Below are positions 12,151-25,429 of a stretch of DNA of 64,000 nt, piece after piece. Position 1 is the stretch's first letter; every line of letters begins with the position of its first letter. The notes under the pieces are model-generated. The model did not search any database. It was not told the origin of the DNA and saw only the letters and a list, made by a program, of their open reading frames with translations. A program made the position numbers and the translations under genes. Origin of the DNA: Mizuhopecten yessoensis (taxonomy: Eukaryota); the NCBI RefSeq assembly GCF_002113885.1, contig NW_018403833.1, positions 124,001 to 188,000 on the forward strand, read 5' to 3'.

Positions 12151-13189
12151 ACCCACTCCGTCTTCTATTAGTGCTTATTGTGAAATTGCTCATGTAGCTG
12201 AACGTGTAGTATGTGTACACGTAACAATTTACAGTCGCTTCACAACAACAAAATTATGCTAAAAGGCCGATCAGGGGTTAGGGGAGCTTTGATTACACAT
12301 CAGCGCATAGTTTGGCTCTTCCGTGTTTGAAACAACAACAGCAATGCTAGGAAATTATACAGTTTTTATATCAGATACATTCTTTCTACACAGGTGTGCA
12401 GTTTTTATAACATTAAATGTAGCACTACAACAATTTTCTTACTCTCGGTCATTTTGAAGGGAGACATTTGAGCGCGTTCTGAACAATTGCATATATATTA
12501 TGTTTTAAAATGGGAATGGAAACACTAAAATAAGATAAATATTTGCTATTTCCAAGTTGAGTGAGATGGTAGGTAACTCTTTATTGTTTGATTTTATATC
12601 AAGTAGACCAATTACAGTTAATCCCTCCCGACTACCGCTACTAATCCCTGTAATTATCGCTATCATTATTGATTACTACTCAGATCAACGGTCTACCGAC
12701 TATCTCCTAAAATGCATTATTTTTTTGATGAAGAACGCTTTAAAGACTACATAGTCTATGTGTTACTGGAATTTGTGCCCCCACCCCAACCATTTTCACT
12801 TCAACACCACCAATATGGGGTTGGGGTTCAATCTATACACCGTGTCTTGAAAACAGTTGAGATCTCGACAGTTTAACCCCACAATGCTGAATAATGAAAA
12901 AAAATGGCATAAAGACACATTGGGACCTTGGAATCATTTAGTTAAAAAGCGTAGATCTAGCTCCACTGGGGTCTGAGGTGATACATGTATGCCAAAAAGG
13001 GGAAGCTGGGTGATAAATATTAGGAAGCCTACTCCTCTAGACCACTCTGAGGCATTCCTGGGATGAGGAGTGTTGTATGAGGACGGTATGAACTGTCGTA
13101 AAATTTGTACTGTGTGTAATATGTAATACTATTTTAACAATGTGTACATGGGACAATAGCACGATATTTTCCTGTCTCGTAAGCGTATA

Positions 13190-14352
13190 GCGACCACAGG
13201 GGTCTGTATGCACGATACTTGCATCCCCTATAGAACATGGCTCTTAGCTACCACCCCTTTAGTACATATATATAGCTACCACAACGCATATAGCATGATC
13301 TTTGCCTCCTCTATATTACATAGCCACCACAGGAAACTGTAGCACAATCATGGTCTCCTCTGTAGTATACAGCTACCATAGATGACTGCACCACAATCAC
13401 TGCCTCCCCTAGAGTATATAGCTACCACAGGGGACAGTAGTACGATAATTGCCTCCCCTGAGTATATCAAAACTACCACAGGGGACTGTAGCACGATAAT
13501 TGCCTCCCCTAGAGTATATAGCTATCACATGGGACTGAAGCGCGATCATTGCCTCCCCTACAGTATATAACTACCACAGGGGACAGTAGCACGATTTTTG
13601 CCTTCTCTAGAGTATATAGCTACAAAAGAGGACTGCAGCACGATCTTTGCCTCCCCTGTAGAATACAGTTACATAGAGGATTGTAGCACGATCTTTGCCT
13701 CCCCTGTAGTATACAATTACCATAGAGGACTGTAGTACGATCATTGTCTCCCCTAGAGTATATATATAACAACCACAGGGGACTGTAGCACGATCTTTGC
13801 CTCCCCTAAAGTATATACATAACTACCACAGTAGACTGTAGCACGACCATTGCCTTCCCTTGAGTATACATATAACTATAACAGGGGACTGTAGCACGAT
13901 CATTTCCTCCATTAGAATATATACATAACTACCACAGGGGACAGTAGTACGATTTTTGCCTCCCCTAGAGTATATAGCTACCACAGGGTACTGTAGCACG
14001 ATCATTGCCNNNNNNNNNNNNNNNNNNNNNNNNNNNNNNNNNNNNNNNNNNNNNNNNNNNNNNNNNNNNNNNNNNNNNNNNNNNNNNNNNNNNNNNNNNN
14101 NNNNNNNNNNNNNNNNNNNNNNNNNNNNNNNNNNNNNNNNNNNNNNNNNNNNNNNNNNNNNNNNNNNNNNNNNNNNNNNNNNNNNNNNNNNNNNNNNNNN
14201 NNNNNNNNNNNNNNNNNNNNNNNNNNNNNNNNNNNNNNNNNNNNNNNNNNNNNNNNNNNNNNNNNNNGGGACTGTTGCACGAGCTAGCAGGAGACTCTAG
14301 GTCGATCTTTGTCGCCACTATAGTATATAGCTACCACGGGGGACTGTAGCAC
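13190..14352. repeat. ~57-60-bp minisatellite spanning an assembly gap
   Basis: Unit CTACCACAGGGGACTGTAGCACGATCATTGCCTCCCCTAGAGTATATAG is present on both sides of the N run. Confidence 0.9.
14010..14267. other. Assembly gap (258 N)
   Basis: Run of N inside the minisatellite. Confidence 0.99.
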
Positions 14353-16841
14353 GGAATTGTTTTCACATGACCTTGGACAGACGGATATACGGACGTAATG
14401 ACGGACGATTTTGGATACTAATGATTGTTTCTTTAGGATCGTACCTATTATCTTCCAAAAACAGTCAAAAAGGAAAGATGGACAATGATAGAATAATCAA
14501 TGAATGTCTAATATTTACAACAACAAAATTAAAAGAAAGTATTTCTGACACAAAAGAAATGTCAAAAGCGATGTTTATATATTGATTTTTGGAAAGTTCC
14601 ATTGTCTTGGATAATTATATATCTTTTGGGCAGTGCCCGAATGTTGAGATTTTTGTGTGATAAACAGTTCGAAGTTTGGACGACAAATGAATAATAGATG
14701 ATCAAGAGTTGTGTTCATGGGCCATTTTACATTAGTTCCTTGTGAAAAATTGCGGAATAATGTTGTTTAATGTTCTTTTCATCAATACAGCTCTCTGAAA
14801 TCTTATTGAATTGCTATTTCGATATTTCAATGAGCTATTTTTTTCTTTCTCTATATTTTACCATAGTGTTGACCATATTTTTCCGTTTCGGTACGGTACC
14901 CGACCATGATATTCACGAATCCAGCTCGTTGTTTATTGCGTCTTACTCTTTTCTTTTTATCAGTGCATGTATATTTGCATGAATAATTTCGCGAAGTCAA
15001 TTACAAAAAGCAATATCGATATAATATGTGTTACATTGTACATGTATCAATCAACAGAAAAGAAATATGTTGATAGAGCTAAATCAGGACTTATTATGAA
15101 CAAACAAATTATTAACACGGAGGCCCTTGGAAAGTAGAACAGGAGGAAGACCAGTATTCCGGAAGGGTAAGCGTCCCCTGCTTCCATCAACGACACCCGC
15201 CATGTAAATCTAGGTCAAATCACAGGTATCTGCTTCTGAAATGTGTACATGTAAATGTTTTATCATAATTTCCCCGTTTCCGGGGCAGATACTATGGTCA
15301 AATCAAAGTAATGTCATGAGGGATAAGGCAGAGTAATGAGAATTTAAAAAACAACGTTGATGTCCCTATTGCACAAAAAATAGTATATGTTCGGATAGCC
15401 TTAATCTTGAACATTTGCTAAAACCTACATTATAAAGGAATTCCCTTTATTGTGGGGAAACAGGATTCTTCGTTTCATTCGATTGATCGTGTTTCACAAG
15501 GAATTTCGGAATCTAAGTGCACTATCATTGACTACCATTTCCGTCACCATGCCAACCATTCTTGAGCAAGGAGATGCACTTTAGTCCGTGTATTCCAAAA
15601 CAAAAGAAAAGGTGTTTTTTTAATTAAAAAAGGCATAAGTATGAACCTTTCACAACTTAAATATCATCATATAACCAATATCTAGCCAAGTTGCATGCTT
15701 ATCCCAAACTGCCTTTTATGTACAATCAGCGCATAAACATTGGAAACAGTCACAACAATTGATAAAACAATGAAATGGGTTAATTTTAGTGATTAAAACA
15801 GATACTTTCCTTGAAGCTAGGAGACTTAGAATTACCAGCAAATCAATCTTCATATATTATTACTGTAGTTGTGATGAGCCATAACTCAGTATAAAAGAAA
15901 AGGAAAGTGTGTAGTGAATATGCATTTTATGTAAGTGAACTCAAATGAGTAAAGTTGTAAATTTGAAACTCAAAATATAAATTAGAAAGGAAATTATTGA
16001 GAAAAAAAAACACTTTTCATTTGAAAATTACATAAAAGAACCCCCTGACTTAATCCTCGTTTTTTATATCAACGACTTTAAGTGACAATTGAATTTCTGT
16101 CATTTTTCATTCTTTTATATATGCCTGTTTAGTTTACGCATGCTTTCAAAAACAGAAATGGAACTGGAACTTTTTTGTTTTTTAAGCTCATTTTGTAAAC
16201 AGAAAAATTATATTTGTGATTTACCCTACCTCTTTTGGTACCCCAAAAACTCACTTTCGGTCAAACTTTTACCTATAGTTTTTGCGCATGTAATACAATA
16301 GGACATCTTTGAACAAATTAAGGAGGGCAAAATCGGAATAAAACGGGGCCCAAAATGGGGCCGTATAGGCACTCATCCTTACTCGTTTTATTTGTCGGGA
16401 GAACAAATCCGATTTGATCATACGGTTAATACTGCCAATAGGTAAATACTGGCTGATAAACAGCTCGTGTGTAGCATTGTCTTGTGATCAGTCATTGGTA
16501 GAATCTATTTACCAGTAACCCGACACCATAGCCCTGCAGTAACAAAGGGTATATTGTATATAACATGGAGTGATATGGGTACGTGTCAAATGGCTATTAT
16601 AGTGTCACCGACTACCAAAATGGAGACGTTGTTCTAAAATTTATTTTAATATTTGATCACATATTTACCTGATTTGATTAGGGTTTTTATCCAAAAGAAT
16701 GCAGCAATAGTGTGCCTGAAGAGTGGGTTGTTAATCAAATTTGCTTTTATCTATACATATACCTAAATTTTCCTTGGTGTACCGGATATACAGAAACGGC
16801 CTGTTTGGATATTAGCTACATTAAAACATGTGTGTTCTGTT

Positions 16842-19613
16842 ATGGGTTCGAATTCCAGAATGGGCATTTACTACAGCTGTTTTCTCATTCTTTCTATTTT
16901 GACAGTTGTAGTTCTAAGTTCTATGTATATTACTCTGCTACGATACGAGAACAGAAACACTCACCGGACCACAGTCACGGTCAGACCTAACCCAATTGCA
17001 GGTAAGCATATGTAATCAAAACGTTTTTAACATAGCTTGTTTGTTCGTGTTTAATCTAAGGTGGAAATCGTGCAACTTTTTTAATTTAGACCCATATATA
17101 CATGGTGTCACGAGACAAATGCCACGTTGAAATTGTACTGTATGCCCTTATCAGAAAACACATCATGCTTGTAATCTATTTGCATATTATAATATGTATA
17201 GTTTACTTATGTATTATTTAAGAGATTTAAACGACATTGGGATTTTTTTCAAATATACACATTTTACTGTGTGAAATAATTGACAAGTTTGTTGGAGAGA
17301 AATAAAATAAATTTATATACAATGTATTGTGCAAAATGTAATATTAACATATTTTATTATACTCTGTATTGTCATTATTTTACCCTACCAAAGTGAGTTG
17401 TTATTTATGAGATCATAAATCTGAACGGAAGATCGGCACGTCATTATATTTGTGACGTTAGCGATAGCTGACTGAGACCCACTGTTGTCTGTTCCATTTA
17501 TTGAAATCTACATCTTATTTGGAGAGATTTTTTTTTAGAAATCTTAATATCAACAATACGTTCAAAATAAATGAAAAAGAAAAGTAAAAGTATTCGACTG
17601 CAATCTAATCAGAGTTAAAGTCCGATAACTCTAGACAAGATTTTAGATAAATACATGTAACGCCTGTCATTCAATTTTCAGTTTATATCATATCATTAAT
17701 ACGCAATGACAAAATTGTTAAAGAATTGTGGATTGTTTCATTGTATGTGCCGTCTATAAAAGACAGCTAAAAATGGAAAGTATGGATATGTCGACTTCGG
17801 ATGAAGGACAGGATACACGAGTGGCGGACTATAGGGGTCACATGTAATAGTTACATATAAGTACAGTAATATTAATACTGGTATTGATTGTATTAAAGCA
17901 AATTACGATTTTTAATATTCAATTACAGTAAAGACCAAAAGAGACCGTCAGATACAAAAGCTACAAAGGATCCAAAGGAAAGGACTGAGCAGTCCTTCTT
18001 GTCCACACGTGCTGATATTCACTCATCCACGGAGTGGTTCAACCTTGACAGGTCACATTATTCAGCATGTTCATGAAAGCTTCTACGCTTTCGAGCCACT
18101 CCGATATCTTTCCGAGTCCTTGGAAAAGCGAGAACGGATTGTGTTTCTCAACCGAACCGAAAGGTAAGACTTTTGTAGAACAGGGTCTGCCTTCAAACTA
18201 CCGTTTTTCTCGATCCGATATATATACTTTCTCCGATTACATAGCCTTAAGGTTTTTGTATATACCCTGTCACTAGATCACTTTGACTGTACAATCTGTT
18301 TTGATCACTAAACGAGTTGTTGATGATTTTATTTGAAGTAAGTTGTAGCAAAATAACAAAAATATCTGTACGGTTAGAAAATTTTCAAAAGATGCATCTT
18401 GTGAGGGCATATCAAATCTTACATAAATAGTCGTCTGCTGGGAAGGAAAGAAACGGAAATGAGAACACAGAATTGTATATCACTAGTAGCTTTGATCACA
18501 ATTATTGTTTTGAAATATGACAATATTTCTGTTTGAGATTTTACAGATTAATATACAGAAAATCAGAACCTCATAAACGTAAACAACAAACCAAAGACTT
18601 AGGTTTTCAATGCATCTACTGAAGAGCTGAGTGTTCCACACATTTTTCTATAGAATGTTTCAAATCAATACTTTAAAAAGGAAAAAAAACACAGATGAAA
18701 ATTGGTAAAATAAACATTTATGAATATATTATAAACCCAGATGTAATTTAGTTTTTGTTACATTGTTTATGTTTTGAAATTCTTTTACATTTTCAGGTCG
18801 TACCAAGAAAGCGATACAATTTGGATGAAAGCTGAAATACTGTACAGGTGGTTTACGTGTGATTTTGATCGCGTAAACCTCAAAGATCTTAGTAGCATGT
18901 TCATAGGAGCATACTCAACCAACCTAAATGAGTACGCAGCTTGTGTGCGGCGGATCCATATTCCAACTAAAACAGTTCCTGAGTGCATACCGTTGCTGAA
19001 GGGACAGTGTAACAGAGCAGGGGTTCGGATAATCAAAACAATCAGACTTAACATTGAGTCTGTCGAGTTACTGTTGGAACTAATGCCTAATCTTAAGGTC
19101 ATCTACTTGACGAGGGATCCCAGAGGCAAACTGGCTTCTCAAATGGCTTTAAAACCAGCTGAATGGGATATTGTGACATTCGTTGCGAAGGATCTTTGTG
19201 AATTGCTGATCAAGGAAACTGATTTTATTCTAAAACTACGAGAAAAATATCCACAAAGATTGAAAATATAAATATACGAAAGATTTGCAAATGATCCTGT
19301 TGAATTTTCCAGAAGATTGTTTGCATATATTAATTTGAAGTTTACAACTGAAATTAAACTTGCAGTTAAGAGTTTAACGATGACAAACGTCGACAGTTCC
19401 GGTTGCTACTGGTGTGCGAAACGAACAAACTCGGACATAACAGCCAACAGGTGGCGCCAGCGTGTTCTTTTTAAACACATTCAGCAAGTGGACAAGGTCT
19501 GTTCAAATGCATACCAGCAGCTTGGCTATAGAACATTACCTGATGAAGCAATCCTTCGCAACATGTCTTGCCCTTTATTTCTTGACACAAACATCATAGA
19601 CTCATTTTTGTAA
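16842..19613 (+). pseudogene. Carbohydrate sulfotransferase paralog 3 with one in-frame premature stop (young pseudogene, null allele or base-call error)
   Basis: Exons 16842-17001 (TM FLILSILTVVVLSSMYITLL), 17929-18163 (VLIFTHPRSGST) and 18797-19613. The last exon reads RLKI*IYERFA with TAA at 19269-19271, where paralog 2 has RLKILMYEKFA. The frame then continues intact to 19613 (403 aa if read through). Confidence 0.8.
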
Positions 19614-19622
19614 TATTTTTAT

Positions 19623-19748
19623 ATCAATCTAAAAACAATTCTATCTTCACATCGCTCCCGTTTACTGATATGTCGCGTGGAAGATCTAACAACACGCGAC
19701 ACACAGTAAACGGGCGCGATGTGAAGATATAATCTTAATTAGATTGAT
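19623..19748. repeat. ~125-bp fold-back inverted repeat 10 nt after the stop of paralog 3 (MITE-like or hairpin RNA)
   Basis: ATCAATCTAA..TATCTTCACATCGCTCCCGTTTACTG..TGTCGCGTG, a 13-nt loop, then CACGCGACA..CAGTAAACGGGCGCGATGTGAAGATA..TTAGATTGAT. Confidence 0.8.
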
Positions 19749-20852
19749 TTTCATATAGCCCTTTGTGTTTTTTAAAGTGAGAAAACACTGTCCGCAATAT
19801 ACCATCCCATCCATGAGATTGAGAAACATCTAAATGTAGCATTGAATGAAAATGATTACCAACTATATATTTAATTTTCATATGATAGATTTTTAATCTT
19901 TTTTAATCGATGAAATTGCTTTGTCGGATCGCTACATTACAGAAATGTTATTAAGGTACAGTTAACTTTGAGCAGATCTAAACGGGCATGGTAACGATTT
20001 ACTATGTTTTCATTTATGATAAGAAATTAATGTCCTCTTTTAGGAAATGATGAGTGAGTATATGTGAATGCTGTGAGTGAGTGTATGGGTGTAAGGGAGC
20101 ATGAAAAGATTGTATCTATATATGCATATTGTACCAGAAGTACATTTGAAAAATAAAAATAATACAAAAACAAAAGACAAAACAAAAATGTCCTCTTTTT
20201 TAATATTGTTGTTCCTCCCTTTATTTTCCTTCCCTATATTGGATCTCCAAAACAAATATGTCTTGTGAGCGAAAATCTGAGTTTCAAAAGAAAAAGGTTT
20301 TGTGAATAAGGACCATAGTAAATCAACATTTCTTATAAACCGATTTTATGAGTTGTACATATTCATTATGTTGAACTCAAGGATCGCTGCCCCACTGCAA
20401 GCAAACACAAAATAATTCCATTGTAATTTGCTGTAGGTAACAGAAACTTCCCCTTAATTTCGTTTTTGATAGAACTGTAGCGCAGGTGGGCCAATGGTTC
20501 CATGGAACAGTAAGCTCTACTGGTAAGAGCGACAGTATAACAATAAGTGGTTCAGGGTTTGAAACCTGGTCTATCCCCGTTGATTTTTTAAACTCAGAAC
20601 AATATTGTTGATTATCTTTGGTTTATATTATCAGTATTGTTTTTTTTCATGGAAATCTTGTATGGAGTATGGCATTAAATCAAATATATAACCGGTACAA
20701 ATCTCAAAAAGGTGACTTTTTGGTCTGTTTCTTTCTTTAATTAGCAAATGTCTATGACTATTATTGGAAACTGGACCAATATCGTAGACCAGTTAAAATA
20801 TTACATTATAGGCAAGAAAAGATTAACATTCTCTACTTCAGTGTCTTAGCTT

Positions 20853-21145
20853 GATATTTACCTACAGCATGAAAATACTGGACACCGTCTAACTCTTGCC
20901 TATTTGTCTACAGTAGGATTATAATGGTCAATTCGCTACTAATTTCTTTGATATTTACCTACAGTATGAAAATACTGGACACCTCCTAACTCTAGGATTT
21001 TATCTGCAGTAGGATTATAATGGTCACTTCGCTACCAATCTCTAGGATATTTACCTACAGAATGAAAATACTGGACACCTCCTAACTCTAGGATTTTATC
21101 TGCAGTAGGATTATAATGGTCACTTCGCTACCAATCTCTATGATA
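20853..21145. repeat. 96-97-bp tandem repeat, 3 copies
   Basis: GATATTTACCTACAG starts at 20853, 20950 and 21046. Confidence 0.9.
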
Positions 21146-21613
21146 ATAAGTTAAAACTTTATTTTATTGATGTAAAATTACAATAGTACATGGTTATAAA
21201 TACAGAAAAGCTGAAAGAACAAACCTGTTTGCTTCTATATCGGTAAAAGAGATATATACTTTATATCGTTTGAGCATTTGATGGAACAACCAAGTGTCGC
21301 GTGATAATCTGTAGACCACTCTTTACCTAACAACAGCAAAAATGCAGAACAAAACATATTTTCTTTGTGACATCACTACCAAGTAAGATAAGTGTGATTG
21401 TTCACTAGCATTTTGATATTTTTACGAAGCTATATTACAACTTTAAAAGACTGTCATAGTTCAAAATATGGACAAATCTCAAATTTAAACCATTTACAAG
21501 AATGACGAAAAAATAGGTTTAAGGTATAAATTTCGTGTTTTCACGTCCAAAGATTATTGGTATTTTATAAAGGTGTAATACTAAAACTATAAATCTCTTC
21601 TATGCATTGACAG

Positions 21614-23578
21614 AAACTGAGCCGACCCGTGTCCTAGTCGTTACATACATGCGCAGTGGATCCACACTTATCGGAGACATATTACAACACTATGCCAATA
21701 GCGCAGATGCTTTTGAACCATTGAGGTACCTTGAAGAAGATATAAAGAATTAGAGCAAAGTTACTTTTATCAACGGAACAAGTAGGTAATTACACCTCTC
21801 TTGAAAAATAAGAGATACGTGGGTAAAGAGTAATGGATGCCCAATGTACAAACAACTTGTTTCGCCCTTTTAAATGAAACATCATTATGTCCACATCTGA
21901 CGAAGGAAGACATTGTTTCCACCCGTGCCCTGTCCAGACTTCGAACTTAGGTATCTGGCAGCCAATCACCTAACCTAGAAATAACTGCATATTTGACTTG
22001 AACACAATCGTGGCATCCTTCTTACCATTACACGGCCTCTAAGTAGGAAAGCGCGGTGGTGTAAAGGTTAAAACTCCAGATATATCTCGGCTGTTCCGTC
22101 TGTTGCTGAAATAGTTCTTTTTAAATGTATTTTCAATCAAGAACCAAATACTTCTACAAAAACGATAAAATTATATTATCCTGCTGTTTTGAATGTAAAT
22201 ATATAGATAGAAATGCATATTTGTCACATTCAAACATATTCTTGAAGGAGGGCAAAATGTTTAAAAGATGCATTTAAATTATAAAATAAGGAATTCAATA
22301 TAACGTGTACCGTAGTGGATGTTGATCCGATGGTTTAAGATATAAACTACCTGTCTAGGATGTATGTATCCATATTTAAGTGATATTTCAAATTATATTT
22401 ATTGTATCACTTAATATGTCAAAACAAATTGAAAAGGTTGTCGTCATACATATTATAAGCATTCAAGACACCATCATAACACAACATCAAAAACTGATAT
22501 AATAGTAGCTATAACGATTCATATCACTATTTTGCGACAATATATGTTATCGGAAACCAAAACTGTCCCCAACAACGAGGTTAACTTCCGGGGTTATTTG
22601 TTTAACCTACAACTGTCTGTGGCCGTGGTTTTTTTTTAAATCTATCTATGATTGTACCTGTCCTGCCGCCTTTGCAGATCAACTTTTGATTATGATAATG
22701 CAATTTACCTTAATTGACATGGTAGTATATAGTATTTATAATTTGTTGTATTTATTTAAAGGTTGTACGCCCGGAAAGAGTATAGATTAGTAAAGGCGGA
22801 GATGCTGTATCGATGGTTCACTTGTGATTGGCTGAAAATCAACATAATGGACCTCTCTATCGGTATGTTGATCTACTCTACAGATATTACTACTGTATCA
22901 GAAGAAGTATGAGGACAAAGGGTGCATTACTCCATCAAAGAAGAAACTATATTAACGCTTGTTTGGAACACCTTAAAACATCTTGCAGAACCAGGAACGT
23001 TTTAATCATCAAGGCTTAGAGATGACGTCAGTGGAGTTGTTACTAAAATGGCTGCCAGGGCTGAAAGTTATACACTGACTCCGGGATCCGAGGGGGAAGT
23101 TGTCATCCGAACTTAAGAAAGATCTTAAAGGGTGGTCAACAATAGCATCTTAAGCATCTTCACATTGTAACCAAATGCTGTCAGATATCAAAGTAACGCA
23201 TCGATTATATAAGCAATACTCCAAAAATATCAGAATTCTACAATATGAGGGTTTCTCAAATGATCCAATTCAGAAAACGAGAAGAATCTTAATTTTTTAA
23301 TCTTGAAATTTACCTACAAAGTATATTATTATGTAAGAGTACATACTTTGAAACAAAATGTGAGTGAATATTGCTACTGGTGCGCAAAAAGGACAAATGC
23401 CAAACTCGCATCTTCTAACTGGAGACTTTTAATACAACTTACACATGCTAGACAAATTGATAAAAGCTGTGGGAAACTGTACAGGAATGTGGGATTCCAG
23501 CCGATGAAGAATGAAACACGCCTCAGAAACCTATCCATACCTAGTCAGGTTGAATCGTTGAAATATATGTCCCTCTAG
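21614..23578 (+). pseudogene. Carbohydrate sulfotransferase paralog 4, disrupted pseudogene closest to paralogs 1 and 5
   Basis: Exon 21614-21785 (172 nt, TYMRSGST) has an in-frame TAG at 21751-21753. Exon 22762-23578 has frameshifts near 22880, 23013 and 23295, a TGA at 23076-23078 (IH*LRDPRG) and a TAA at 23151-23153. It ends RNLSIPSQVESLKYMSL, like paralogs 1 and 5. Confidence 0.9.
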
Positions 23579-23804
23579 AAAACGGAAAGATGGAATAGGA
23601 TAAGGATGTAGGCAGACAGACATTAAGACATCATACAGACATGTCTAATTCAATGTACATATCATTCCAGCAAAAAACAGGGATAGCTCAAATGTTTTAA
23701 ACCAATCCACTTATTAAGAGAGACAGGATGTTTTGGAAGATTGCAATATTAGTAATATATTAGTTAGTTGGTCTTTAGAGATACATAGTTGTTATGGCGA
23801 TTGT

Positions 23805-24801
23805 ATTGAAGCTTCATCAGCTAATTAAGAGAGAAGAGATTATCCTGGGAATTCTATTGAAGCTTCATCAGCTAATTTAGAGAGAAGTGATTATCCTCCT
23901 GGGAATTCTATTGCAGCTTCATCAGCTAATTTAGAGAGACGTGATTATCCTGGGAATTCTATTGAAGCTTCATCAGCTAATTAAGAGAGAAGTGATTATC
24001 CTGGGAATTCTATTGAAGCTTCATCAGCTAATTTAAAGAGAAGTGATTATCCTCCTGGGAATTCTATTGCAGCTTCATCAGCTAATTTAGAGAGACGTGA
24101 TTATCCTGGGAATTCTATTGAAGCTTCATCAGCTCATTTAGAGAGAAGTGATTTTCCTGGGAATTCTATTGCAGCTTCATCAACTCATTTAGAGAGAAGT
24201 GATTATCCACCTGGGAATTCTATTGAAGCTTCACCAGCTAATTAAGAGAGAAGATATTATCCTGGGAATTCTATTGAAGCTTCATCAGCTCATTTAGAGA
24301 GAAGTGATTTTCCTGGGATTTATAATGCAGCTTCATCAGCTAATTTAGAGAGAAGTGATTATCCTCCTGGGAATTCTATTAAGCTTCATCAGCTAATTTA
24401 GAGAGAAGTGAGTATCCTCATGTGAATTCTATTAAGCTTCATCAGCTAATTTAGAGAGAAGATATTATCCTGGGAATTCTATTGAAGCTTCATCAGCTAA
24501 TTTAGAGAGAAGTGATTATCCTCATGGGAATACATTTAGCTTCATCAGCTAATTTAGAGAGAAGTGATTATCCTCCTGGGAATTCTTCTAAGCTTCATCA
24601 GCTAATTTAGAGAGAAGTGATTATCCTCATGGGAATACATTTAGCTTCATCAGCTAATTTAGAGAGAAGTGATTATCCTCATGGGAATTCTATTGAAACT
24701 TCATCAGCTAATTTAGAGAGAAGATATTATCCTGGGAATTCTATTGAAGCTTCATCAGCTAATCTAGAGAGAAGTGATTATTCTGGGAATTCTATTGAAG
24801 C
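23805..24801. repeat. ~51-55-bp minisatellite
   Basis: Unit GAAGCTTCATCAGCTAATTTAGAGAGAAGTGATTATCC(TCC)TGGGAATTCTATT, about 19 copies. Confidence 0.95.
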
Positions 24802-25429
24802 AGAAAAACTGCTTTGAAAGGTCGGGCATCTCTATCTGGACATAATATTGAAGTAATGAACTGGTTAAGAGAGAGCGTTTATATGAGTGACGCAACCATC
24901 TTATTTAAAGAGGGTTGATTATTTAGAATGTTATTCTGAAGCAATCAGTTGATTTAGAAAGAATAGATTGGTGATGAAGTTAAGTTGAAGCATTTGGTTG
25001 TTTTTCAGAGCGTGTTTGAAAGATTATAATGACGCAATATACTTTTAATGAGAGAACAAGTTATTAGAAAATTATATTGTTTTCTTCTATAAAGTTATTA
25101 AAGTTAACTTTTATTACTTTGTTGCTCTAATATTTCACATATGACTTTTGTTCGCTATATACATATTAACAGAAATAAAACAAAAGAAATACAAACTACG
25201 CCATTTTGTCATCTTTCTGATAAGAGGTTTGTTGAACACATTTTGTTCGATGCCCTTTTGTTTATAGGGTGAGTGCATTTTCCGACCCGAACGCCTGATT
25301 TAAACTTGTAGGAAGACATTCGCTTGTATTTTGAATAGTTTACATTATTTCACGAACCAGGTTTTAATTAAGGAAAATTTAAAAATGGAATGTACAGAGT
25401 GTTCCTCAAAAACGTCCATAAACGATGTT

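Noticed and set aside
13956-14349. ORFs full of X
   Set aside because: Artefacts of the N gap.
19269-19748. In-frame stop plus 3' UTR hairpin as selenocysteine or recoding signal
   Set aside because: The stop is TAA, not TGA, at a position that is Leu in the paralogs, and the hairpin lacks SECIS features.
23805-24801. Regular repeats resembling a CRISPR array, and CTGATGA on the minus strand resembling tandem hammerheads
   Set aside because: Units are contiguous with no unique spacers and no cas genes, in eukaryotic DNA. There is no stem II or GAAA to complete a hammerhead.
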